Assembly (NCBI GenBank): GCA_964016885.1
Contig: OZ024763.1
Span: 26,226,001-26,290,000, forward strand
Source: Eledone cirrhosa
Lineage: Eukaryota
Direction of reading: 5' to 3'
Length of the DNA: 64,000 nucleotides
The notes beneath the pieces were generated by a model. The model searched no databases. It saw nothing but the letters and a program-made list of their open reading frames with translations, and had not been told where the DNA came from. Numbering within the stretch: position 1 is the stretch's first letter; the number at the start of each line of letters is the position of its first letter. Below, one piece after another: positions 12,666 to 30,365 of this stretch. The position numbers and the translations under genes were made by a program.

Positions 12666-13999
12666 ATGTGTATATATGTATATGTATATATATGTATATA
12701 TATATGTGTATGTATATATATGTGTATATATGTATATATATGTGTATATATGTGTGTATATATATGTATATATATGTGTATATGTATATATATATATGTG
12801 TATATATGTATATGTATATATATGTGTGTATATCTATATATATATATGTACATATATATATGTATGTGTATACATGTATATATATGTGTGTGTATATATA
12901 TGTATATTATGTGTATGTGTGTGTATATATATATATATATATACCCCCCTACTTCATCCTCCCACTCTCACCAACACCACTCTTTCTCTGTAAAGTGGCC
13001 GTGTAAGTAACACGGCAAAAAGCTCCCAGTCTACACTGTAAATGTGGTTGGTGTTAGGAAGGGCACCCAACTGTAGAAAACCTGCTAGACAGTTCTATAC
13101 GAGTGAGACATAGTCACCAGACCAATCTTGCTTCAAGTGCAACAATTCCCGTCTAACCCATGCTAGCTTGGAAGATAGACGTTAAACGATGATGATGATG
13201 ATATGTTGCTTCATCATTATGTAATGACTGTGATCCCTGCTAGCAAGGGTTAGACAGGTCTTCACATACAGAGTCAGTACTCAAGTGGAGCTATTGACCT
13301 CTGAAATGGTTCTATATCTCACATATCTATTTATAGGCGTGTAGGTTTTTATGTGTTTGTGCAGCATGTGTATCTATATGAAGGAGAGGCGGTTTTCCTT
13401 TGTGTGATAGCTATGGCGAAAGAGGTTGTATGGTGGACAAGGTTGAAAGGGCTGAGGTCAGACACCTTTCTCTCCGGCCAACAACTGATTCTTTTTTTCA
13501 AATACCACTTTGGAAGAAGAATCAGGATGGAGAGAGAGGTGCTGTACCCCAGCAAGTTTTATGAAAGGTGGGTGAAAGTGGCGAGAATGGCCCGAGTGAA
13601 TGGGCCTTCTCTCTATATCAGCCTGTAGGTTGAGGAAAAGGAGGAGGAGAGGAAAGGAGTACAAGCTCTTCGTACTCCTGGAGATGAGGGTTGCACATTT
13701 TTTTCGGGGGTCTGTGTTACCCATATAAACTGTCTCCCTCTATTGGGGAAAATCGACTAACTTTTAAATTCCATCTGTGATAACATTTTACACGTTTTTA
13801 TTGTATGTAAACTTCCCCCTTTGTATTTGTCCCCTTCTTTTGTGCCCCTGTGGCTAATAAAGAAATCTATCTATCTTTACATACACACTCTCAGTCATCA
13901 TGTTATATATGTATATATATATATATGTATGTATGTATGTGTGTGTGTATGTGTGTGTGTGTATGTGTGTGGTAAAGATTTGTGTTGGTTTCTATGAGG

Positions 14000-14632
14000 C
14001 TGTGTTATTGAGGGAGATTAGGCTGCTATTTCTAGCAACCTTCCACAATGACTTGCTGACCTGTTATTGATGTAGATCTGGTTGCTATTTCTAGCAACCT
14101 TCTTCAATGACTTGTTGACCTGTTATTGATGAAGCTCTGGTTGCTATTTCTAGCAACCTTCTTCAATGACCTGTTATTGAGGAAGATTTGGCTGCTATTT
14201 CTAGCAACCTTCTACCAGGATGTGATCTATTTGGAAGGAGTTGGCTGCTTTTTCTAACAACCTTTTACAATGATCTGTCGATGTAGTATTGAGGGAGATC
14301 TGGCTGCTATTTCTAGCAAGCTTCTACAATGATCTGTCGATGTAGTATTGAAGGAGATCTTGCTGCTATTTCTAGCAACCTTCTACAATGATCTATATAG
14401 TATTCAGGGAGATCTGGCTGCCATTTCTAGCAACCTACAATGATCTAGCGATGTAGTATTGAGGGAGACTTGGCTGCTATTTCTTAGCAACCTATAATGA
14501 TCTAGCGATGTAGTATTGAGGGAGATCTGGCAGCTATTTCTAGCAACCTTCAAGGACCTATTGATGTAGTATTGAGGGAGATCTGGCTGCTATTTCTAAC
14601 AACCTACAATGGCCTATTGATGTAGTATTGAG
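14000..14632 (+). repeat. Diverged ~56-60-bp minisatellite
   Basis: Recurrent GTATTGAGGGAGATCTGGCTGCTATTTCTAGCAACCTT, ~11 copies. Confidence 0.85.
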
Positions 14633-14834
14633 TTAGATAGTTTATGTATATGGTTTAATATCAATATCCTAACCTATATTTTATTGATTTCTTTACTATT
14701 GTTAGTGTTGCTTGGTATCAGGTCAATCTTGATCCAGCAGGCATATTGATCCATGACCTTCCAACCATGACTATCCTGTCTTTTTAAACAGTCTACATTC
14801 TGTATGTTGTCCTTCATTACTTATTAAAGTATGC

Positions 14835-15255
14835 TAATGCTGCAATATAATACACCCAGTACACTCTGTAATGTGGTAGTGTTGGTGCTATGATACAATA
14901 CACCCAGTATACTCTGTAAAGTGTTAGTGCTGGTGCTATGATACAATACACCCAGTACACTCTGTAAAGTGGTAGTGCTGGTGCTATGATACAATACACC
15001 CAGTACACTCTGTAAAGTGGTAGTGTTGGTGCTATGATATAATACACCCGTACACTCTGTAACGTTGTGGTGTTGGTGCATGATAAAATACACCCAGTAC
15101 ACTCTGTAAAGTATTAGTGCTGGTGTTATGATACAATACACCCAGTACACTCTGTAAAGTGGTAGTGCCGGTGCTATGATACAATACACCCGTACACTCT
15201 GTAACGTTGTGGTGCTAGGGCTGCGATACAATACACCCAGTACACTCTGTAAAAG
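14835..15255 (-). repeat. 48-bp minisatellite, inverted relative to 9975-10530
   Basis: ATGATACAATACACCCAGTACACTCTGTAAAGTGGTAGTG is the reverse complement of the 9975 unit. Confidence 0.9.
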
Positions 15256-15529
15256 CAGCCAGTCTGCCCTGTCAAATGACAATGGCTGCACCATGATAAA
15301 ATGCACCCACTACACACCATGAAATGTTTAGAATTAGGTGTGTGTGTCATTGTACCCCTGTCTGTCTCTCACTGTATCCTTGTCTCTCTGTCTGTCATTG
15401 TACCCCTGTCTGTCTCTGTACCCCTGTCTGTCTGTTTGTCATTTGAAAGTATTGACTACAGAACCAGACCCTCAACCCCTTTCCTCCCCATGCCTCCCTC
15501 TTTAAAATCTGTCTGTAAAAATGTCCCCT

Positions 15530-16355
15530 TATTTTGTTCTCTTTTTTCAGATAATCCAGAACCAGACTCCCAGGCCATCCAAGGTCTCCCTCTCTCAACC
15601 CACTCCCCCAACTCCTTGACAATGTCTCCCTCCCTAAAATCTCTCTAAACTATTTCCAGATAATCCAGAACCAGATCCCCAGATCATCCAAGGTCTCCCT
15701 CCCTAAAATCTCTCTAAAACTGACCCCTATTTCCAGATAATCCAGAACCAGATCCCCAGACCATTGAAGGTCTCCCTCCCTAAAATCTCTCTCTAAAACA
15801 GACCCCTATTTTGTCTATTTCCAGATAATCCAGAACCAGATCACCAGACCATTGAAGGTCTTCCTCCCTAAAATCTCTCTAAAACAGACCCCTATTTTGT
15901 CTATTTTCAGATAATCCAGAACCAGATCCCCAGACTATTGAAGGTCTCCCTCCCTAAAATCTCTCTCTAAAACAGACCCCTATTTTGTCTATTTCCAGAT
16001 AATCCAGAACCAGATCACCAGACCATTGAAGGTCTTCCTCCCTAAAATCTCTCTAAAACAGACCCCTATTTTGTCTATTTCCAGATAATCCAGAACCAGA
16101 TCCCCAGACCATTGAAGGTCTCCCTCCCTAAAATCTCTCTATAATAGACCCCTATTTTGTCTATTTCCAGATAATCCAGAACCAGATCACCAGACCATTG
16201 AAGGTCTTCCTCCCTAAAATCTCTCTAAAACAGACCCCTATTTTGTCTATTTCCAGATAATCCAGAACCAGATCCCCAGACTATTGGTCTCCCTCCCTAA
16301 AATCTCTCTAAAACAGACCCCTATTTTGTCTATTTCCAGATAATCCAGAACCAGA
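15530..16355 (+). repeat. ~86-bp tandem repeat containing the CTDNEP1 exon-2 splice acceptor and first 16 exon nt (10 copies; the last is the real exon)
   Basis: TTT(C/T)CAG|ATAATCCAGAACCAGA with exon-like starts at 15551, 15660, 15737, 15825, 15911, 15999, 16085, 16171, 16257 and 16340. Confidence 0.93.
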
Positions 16356-16406
16356 CAGTCAAGTATGAAATAATCCCACATTCTCCATTATCCAAGCATA
16401 GATTAA
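16340..16406 (+). CDS. CTDNEP1: CTD nuclear envelope phosphatase 1 (Dullard), coding exon 2 (67 nt)
   Basis: ag|IIQNQTVKYEIIPHSPLSKHRL+A|gtaagt, compared with recalled human [22 protein letters not shown]. Phase 1 joins exon 3 in frame (A+GT = Ser). Confidence 0.9.
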
Positions 16407-16429
16407 GTAAGTAATCCAATCTTCGTTCC

Positions 16430-17180
16430 TTGGTGGTGGTCATGGCGGTCATCGCAGAGGTTGTCTCTGTTTGTTTGGTGGTGGTGTGTGTGGTGGTGGT
16501 GGTGATGATAGCGGTGTGTGAGTGGTGGTGGTAGTGATGATAGTGGTGTGGGTGGTAGTGGTGGTAGTGATGATGATAGTGGTGGCAGTGGTAGTGGTGA
16601 CGGTGGTGGTGGTGGTAGTAGTGATCATAGTGGTGATGGTGGTGATGGTAGTGGTGGTGATAGTGGTGATGATGGTGGTGGTGGTTGTGATGGTGATGGT
16701 GGTGGTAGTAATGTTTGTAGTGATGTTAATGGTAGTGGTGATGGTGGTGGTGGTGATGATGATGATGATGATGATGATGATAGTGGTGGTGGTGAAGGTA
16801 GTGATGATAGTGGTGGTGGTGTTGATGTAGGTGGTGGTGGTGGTGATGATGGTAGTGGTGGTGATGGTAGTAATGGTAGTAGTGGTTGGAGGTGATGATA
16901 GTGGTTGTGGTGTTGATGTAGGTGATGGTAATGTTAATAGTGATGGTGGTGGTGGTGGTGGTGGTGGTGATGGTGGTGATGGTAGTAATGGTAGTAGTGG
17001 TTGGAGGTGATGATAGTGGTTGTGGTGTTGATTGATGTAGGTGATGGTAATGTTAATAGTGATGGTGGTGGTGATGATGGTAGTGGTGGTGGTGGTGGTG
17101 ATGGTAGTAATGGTAGTAGTGGTGATGGTAGTGGAGGAAATGGTAATGTTAGTAATGATGGTGATGGTAGTGGTGGGCAA
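16430..17180 (+). repeat. (GGT/GAT/AGT)n trinucleotide low-complexity tract
   Basis: Direct reading of the sequence. Confidence 0.9.
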
Positions 17181-17725
17181 TGATGCTTATAAACTAAAAT
17201 TCGAAACTATAAAAAGCCTTGTTTTCTCCCAGAATCCTATAAATATTCGGTTGACATCTGAAGTAGATATAAAGTGGTCACACAAGATAAGAATGGTGTA
17301 CTTAAGCCATTTCAAGTGTTGAAAATAGAAAGGTCTTGTAATTTTGACCTGAAATATATATATATATATATATTTATTTCTTTATTAGAGATATATATAA
17401 TATAATAAAGTAGTTATATTATTAGTATGTCATCCATTTTGAACTGTCATTCATTTTTCATTGCAGTAGCCTTCTCATAATTGTTTCTACTTTTGGCACA
17501 CAGCCAGCAATTGTCCTAGTACATTAAAGTACCAGTAATGCACTAGGATAATTGCTGGCTTTGTGTCAAAAGTAGAAACAATTATTAACAGGCTACAGCA
17601 GTGAAAAATGGATGATAGTTAAAAATGGAGGACAGTACAAAATGGACGACAATCCAAAGTGGATGGTAGATTTTGGACAGAAAATGGCTGGCCTATAACA
17701 ACTCCAGGGCCAGTTTCACATTATA

Positions 17726-17766
17726 GTCTTCTGACGAAGGGTTTTTAGACCCTGAAATATTAGGAC
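17726..17766 (+). ncRNA. Minimal type I hammerhead ribozyme-like motif
   Basis: GTCTT-CTGACGA-AGGGT(TTTTAG)ACCCT-GAAA-TATT-AGGAC gives stem I, the core, a 5-bp stem II and a loopless palindromic stem III. Confidence 0.6.
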
Positions 17767-18950
17767 AGGTAATCATCATCAGTATTAACATCATAGTTTA
17801 ACGTCCATTTTTCGATGCCAGCATGGGTTAGATGAGTTGTCCCGTAGTGAGACAAGCCAGGTCAGATGACCATGTCTTGCTCATACAGAACAGGTTTTGT
17901 TATGGCCATCACTGTATTGTGGAGTTGGGGTTCAAAATCTGGTCTCTATCAGCAGGTACAAGGTCAACACCTGACGAGAAAGGTCAGTTCTAGAATGACT
18001 ACTCCACTATACAGGGGTGGTCATACAGTGGTGGTCATATCTGGACCCTAAAACATAAGGTAGCACATACCTGTTAAGTGTATGAAATTTAATAAAAACT
18101 TAAGTTCTCTTGCCATAGATTGAGCAGTTGTCCCCTTTGTCTTAGATCTCAGAATATCCCACACATACACACATATATATGTACACACGCACACACATAT
18201 ATGTTCAACACTGTAAATGTGGTTGGTGTTAGGAAGGGCATCCAGCTGTAGAATACTCAGGCAAAATACAGTTCCGATAGAGCAAGGTACGGCGTGGTCA
18301 ACTAGCCAGACTTGTCTCATGATGTAGCTGACCTGCCTATCCCATGCAAGCTTGGAAAATGGACATTAAACAGTGATGATGATGATATATATATATGTAT
18401 ATATATATATATTTATTAAAATAACAGATTAAAGTTTAAGCAAAGAATCGCTGCTTTCACCCTTAACGGGATCTTCTGAAACTAACAAAGTCAATCTGTA
18501 AACGCAGAAGTGGATATTTAAAAAAACGTTGCAACCGGAGGAAGACGTGGAAACGTTCCCTGGCAAAGAACGGGAAAAAACGAATATAATACGTCATTAA
18601 TAGGAGCGGTGAAAAACAATTACACGCAAAGACATAACCACGTTTATGGTATAAAAGAGGTCGTAGACTAATGTTCTCTTAGGTGGTGCATAGACGTTCT
18701 CTGGCAATGAACGGAAAAAATGAAGATAATACGTCATATGTGGAGCGTGGAGAACAATTGCACGCAAAGACAAGACCACGTAAATGGTATAGCTGAAGTC
18801 GTAGACTAAAATTCTAACTAGGAAACCGAATGAATCTCCGCTTCAGAGTTAAGAATAAAGTAAATAAAATACAATACAGAGGAAATAGAAATTAAATAAA
18901 TACATACACGCATTTATTGTTATTACTATTATTATTACTATGTATATATA

Positions 18951-21900
18951 TCATCATCATCATCATCATTTAACGTCCGTGTTCCACGCTTGCATGGGTT
19001 TGGACGGGGGTAGTCCCACTTGAGGCAAGAGTGATTGTCTTGCTCGCATAGGACTGTCTGGCAGGTTTTCTACAGTTGGATGCCCTTCCTAACACCAACC
19101 ACATTTACAGTGTGGGTCTGGGAGGTTTTTACCGTGTTGCCTACACGGCCAGCGTGGACTGTGTGTTTTTTTGTCGTGACACCTACACGATCTCATTTGT
19201 TTCGGCCTGGATGGCGCGGCACCAACATAACTTTACATAGGACGGGGTGGTGTGGATGGGTGGGGGTGGTGGCGGGACGGGGTGTATTTTGTTAGAGATG
19301 CCTACTGGCAAGGCGGGTCTTCTCTGTTACTGAGTACCGCCAAAGGTCTCGGTCCAGTGACATTGTCTTGGAGAGGTGTAAGTGTGTGAGGTCGGAGTTT
19401 ATCAGCTCGTCCCAGGTTTTTCTAGGTCTGCCTATTCCGTGGCTACCCTCTATCTTTATTGCCCTGCACTTTGTTATACAGCTATCGTCTTTCATGCGCA
19501 TCACGTGTCCATACCAACGTAGCCTTCTCTCGAGTAAACAACATCTGATCCCTCTTATCTCTAATTTTTTCCTTAGTTCGTTTATGCTTTGCCGTTCACG
19601 TATATTACTGTTACACATCCAGCGGAGCATGCAAGCTTCGTTCCTCTCTAGTCTGCGTATATCCTCTGCACACAATGCCCAGGTCTCACTGCCATGCAAC
19701 ATTGCTGTTCGTATGCAGGCATCGTACAACCTGCCTTTCATTTTTAGGGAGAACCCTTTAGCAGCTAATAGTGGTATAAGCTCTCTGAACTTTTTCCAAC
19801 CAGTTCTGACTCTAGCTACAGTACTTTCAGAGCACCCTCCCCCACTGCTGATTTTATCGCCCAGGTAACGGAAGCTGTCCACTATTTCTATAGAACCCTC
19901 TGCGCAATTGAAAGAGCTAGTATTTTGTGGGCACTTGCTGCTACTTATTGCACCAGAACACCGGCCACATGTAAAATCTATTATGCACCCATACTTTGCA
20001 TTTAGGACATAAAATGGAGTTTCTACCTACGCCTTTCCTACACACCGAGCACGACCATTTCCCAGAAGGGACCGCCGCCTTGTTTTCTTTCCTACAAACT
20101 AGAACTTTGGTCTTAGCCAGGTTAATTTTAAGTCCTTTTGACTCTAGGCCGTGCTTCCATGTTTGGAATTTCTTCTCTAGCTCGGCCATTGATTCCGCTA
20201 TGAGTGTCAGGTCGTCTGCGTATAGGAGTTCCCATGGGCAGCCTGTCTTGAACTCCTCTGTTATAGCCTGAAGGGCAATAATAAATAGTAGGGGGCTGAG
20301 AACAGAGCCCTGATGGACGCCAACTTTTACGCTAAACTCTTCACTATATTCGTTGTTAATTCTAACCTTGCTGACTGTTTCTTTATACATGGCTTGTATG
20401 GCCCTCACAAGCCATTCGTCAACGCCTAGTTTTCTAAGAGCCCACCAGATAATGGAGCGGGGGACTCTGTCGAAGGCTTTCTCCAAGTCGACAAAAGCTA
20501 AGTAGAGGGGTTTACCTTTAGCTAGGAACTTCTCCTGTAGTTGTCGTACTATGAAAAGAGCGTCTGTGGTACTTTTGCCTGACACAAACCCGAACTGCAT
20601 TTCATCTAGGTCAATTCTCTCTCTGATTAGTTGCGCTATTACTTTTTCCGTGACCTTCATGACCTGGTCGATTAATTTAATGCCTCTATAGTTACTCCTA
20701 TCTAGGGCGTCTCCTTTACCCTTATAACAGTTAACGATGATGCTGCTATGCCAGTCCTTCGGAACAACCCCATTCTGTACGACTTGGTTAACTATGCGGG
20801 TGACCATGGTGTGTCCCACCGTGCCAGATGCCTTCAGCATCTCAGCAACTATTTCCGAAGGCCCAGCCGCCTTACCTGTCTTCATATCCTTGATTGCCTT
20901 ACTTATTATACTCCCCTCGACTCACACTGCTGGTCCCTCTATTGGGTCGACATGGGGGAGACTGTCTTTCTCCCATTTATTCTCCTCATTTAGTAGCCTT
21001 TCATAGTGACACTTCCAAGCTACCTTCTTATCAGTGTCGGTGATGGCAAGTATGCCATCATCGTTAAGTACACACTTCTCCCCGACAATATCACGGTTTT
21101 CCTTGACGCATTGCCTAACAATCCTGAACACCTCACGTTTTTGGTCATCGCGTTGTAGGACATGCTTGAACTTTCTTTCCTCAGCTTCCCTTCTTGCTAA
21201 GTACACTTCTCTCCTAGCTTCCCTCCTGGCCACTTAATAGTCTACTCTACTTCCCCCATCCCGCCATACTTTCCAAGCCTGCTTTTTGGCCTTAATTGAC
21301 CCCTCCACCTTACTGTTCCACCACCATGTTACTCTCCTCCTGCCTACAGGCCTGCTCCAGCCACAGACTTCGTCTGTCGCCAACAGCAGGTTTGCTTTCA
21401 GAAATTCCCACTGTCCCTCTATATTGTCCGACTCTAAATGTTCTTCCTTACTGTCGAAAGCATCAAGTAATATGTTTTGAAATTTATTTTTGGCTGTGGG
21501 GTCCTTTAGCTTCCATATTTTCCTCCTGAGGATATTCCTCTTCTGCTGTCGAGTACGTCTCGTCCTGACTATGAGGTCGCTAATTATCAGTCTATGTTGG
21601 GAGGTGCATTCTTCATGGGGGAGGGATTTAGTGTTTACAACAGACACTCTGTCACGTCTTCTGGTAAGGATATAATCTACCTGGCTTGTGTGTTCCCCGG
21701 ATCTATAGGTGATCAGGTGATTGTCACGTTTTTTGAAGTTAGTGTTACAGATAGTTAGGTTATTTGCATCACAGAATTCCAGGATTCTGGAGCCTTCCTC
21801 ATTTCTAGTACCAAACCCATAGCCTCCATGGATTTCGTCGTAGCCGTCACAATGTTGCCCAACGTGACCATTTAGGTCGCCTGCAATAATTATATAGTCA

Positions 21901-22530
21901 CTGTCAGATATTTGGGAGGTAGTGAGCATCAGTGTCTCATAGAATCTGTCTTTTATAGTGCCGGGCAGTCCGGATTGGGGTGCGTACGCAGATATTACTG
22001 TCACCGTAGTTCTATTGAGGACAAGTCGTATTTTAATTATTCTGTCGTTCACTCTATTTACGTCTATTATCTTATCTGCCCACTTTTCTGCTACCATGAT
22101 TCCTACTCCACCCAGCCCATCGTCGTTTCCCACCCAGAAAAACTTATAACATCGTTTTTTACCCTCAATGAATCTAGCAGACCCACCCCTCCACCTGGTC
22201 TCTTGAATACAACAAACATCGACCTCCTTACGTTCAAGCATTTCTACAACCTCGTTAGCGCGACCCTTTAGGGTGCCTACATTTATGGTACCAACTCTGA
22301 AGTTTTGGATCGCGTTTGGAGGGTGGGGGTGGTGGGGGGCGGGGGGAGATGGGGTTATGTTAGCCATCCGCAGGCGAAACAAAGAAGAGTGCTCGCATTC
22401 TCGTCCACGAGGTGAATTTGACTTTAGCATTGGCATTTTCGCTCTGAGCGTCCAGATTTTTCTCTCCCTTCCACTCTCCAGGATTCCGCAGTCCGTCCAT
22501 CCATCCATCCATCCATCATATATCGAAGGC
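18951..22530 (-). mobile_element. Near-full-length RTE-clade LINE (family C): APE + RT, disabled
   Basis: APE motifs GTINVGTL, CIQETRW, SAYAPQ, GDLNGHVG and SQHRLII. RT motifs [21 protein letters not shown] and YADD. In-frame stops at 21234 and 20922, a frameshifting deletion near 19975, and a (GAT)n tail at 18951. Confidence 0.95.
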
Positions 22531-23422
22531 AACCGTGCAAGCGATAGTATAGGCCTCTGGCTTATGATTGGTCCGCGTAATAATAATAATGGTGATGCGT
22601 GTGGGGGGGGGGGTCTCTGGCTTATAATAATAATAATGGTGATGCGTGTGGGGGGGGGGTCTCTGGCTTATGATTGGTCCACGTATTAAGAATGGTGGTG
22701 TGTGGGGGCTGGTGGGAGGGATGTGGGGTAGCTAGCTGGAAGGTTATGAATGTTTAACAGCGAGTAACAAAAAGCAAAACTGCAAGATTTGTTCTGTTCA
22801 ATCCGACAAAAACACCGTATTTAAACCTTAATAAATAACAAAAAATACAGATTTCGGATTTTGCGAGATTGGATGTTTGGACTATGTACGAAATTGTGGT
22901 GTGTGGAGTAGATAGGAAAAACGTGAACGTTACGATTACATGGTTACACCGTAGTAGGGATAGTTGAAGCAGCAATTGTTTGGCGAAAGTGAATAAACAT
23001 GAACGGGAATTTATCTTATATATATATATGTGTGTGTGTGTAGCTAAGAGAGAGAGAGAGAGAGAGAGAGAGTGGCTGACCGCAACCCCTCGTGAAGAAG
23101 ATGGTGGGTGAAGGGTGTATGAGCGGGATTTTTGACTTTCGAGGTAAATTGATATATATATTTAAAGTAAATTACAAGAAGTAGAATGGGAAGGGTTTTT
23201 TTTTTTTTTTTTTTTTTTTTCTTTTTGTTTGAGAATACGATAGAATTAGGGAATTGGAGGATACGATAGAATTAAGAATGGGAAGGATTTTGTTTTTTGT
23301 TTGGGAATACGATGGAATTAAGGAATTTAAGGAATTGGAGAATACGATAGAATTAAGGAATTGAGGAGCTGGAAGGTTATGAATGTTTAACAGCGAGTAA
23401 CAAAAAGCAAAACTGCAAGATT

Positions 23423-26002
<2,580 letters not shown>

Positions 26003-26003
<1 letters not shown>

Positions 26004-27032
26004 TATCATCATCATCACCGTTTTACGTCCGTTCTTCCACGCTAGCATGGGTTAGACGGGTTGTACTGTTGTGGGCAGTGTCTGGTCGGCTGACCATGCC
26101 TTGCTCATACAGGAACTGATCTGGCTTGATTTCTACAGCTGGATGCCCTTCCTAAAACCAACCTCATTTACAGTGAGTGCTGGGTGCTTTTTCGTGGCGC
26201 CTACACGTCCACTTTACAGTGTGGGCTGGGTGCTTTTTTGCCGTGGCACCTCCACGACCACCTTGCGGTGGGGGGGAGTGGGGGCATATTGTTTATATGC
26301 TTCAGCATGTACCCATGGGAGGTCGGGTACCCTGTATTACTGCGTGACGCCAGAAGTCACGGTCATGTGTCATTGACTTTGAGAGGTGTAGTTGGGTAAG
26401 GTCGGCTTTTATCACCTCATCCCAAGTCATCTTGGGTCTCCCCACTCCGCGGTTTCCATCAACTTCTAGTGCTCTGCACCTTTTTATGCAGCTGTCATCC
26501 TTCATACGCATCACATGTCCATACCAGCGTAACCGCCTCTCCTGCACGCAGCATTTGATTCCTCTTATGCTCAGTCTCTCTCTCAATTCCTTTATGCTTT
26601 GTCGTTCACGTATATTACTGTTACACATCCATCGGAGCATGCAGGCTTCGTTTCTCTCTAATCTACGTAAGTCTTCCACCTTCAGCGCCCAGGTCTCACT
26701 ACCATGCAACATCGCTGTTCAGATACACGCATCATACAGTCTGCCTTTCATTCTGAGGGAGAAGCCTTTTGCAGCTAGCAGTGGTAGTAGTTCCCTAAAC
26801 TTCTTCCATCCCGTTCTTACCCTAGTTATTGTACTTTCTGAGCACCCACCTCCGTTGCTAATTCGGTCACCTAGGTAGCAGAAGCTGTCTACTGTTTCTA
26901 CAGGGCCCTCCCAGAGATTGGTGGTACTTGTTTCCTGTGGCTGTTTGCTTGCTGTTTCAGCACAGCTGCTGCATGTGAATCCTACATTCTTAATTAAGCT
27001 TCCTGAGACCCCGCTACATCTCTTGTGTACCC
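26003..27032 (-). mobile_element. 5'-truncated RTE LINE (family A)
   Basis: WVHKRC...VDSFCYLGD...GWKKFREL...[12 protein letters not shown], followed by 3'UTR and (GAT)n tail, flanked by TA tracts. Confidence 0.93.

Positions 27033-30364
<3,332 letters not shown>

Positions 30365-30365
<1 letters not shown>

Noticed and set aside
15530-16340. CRISPR-like array (also 51370-52315 and 14000-14632)
   Set aside because: There are no unique spacers and no cas genes, and the context is a eukaryotic intron.
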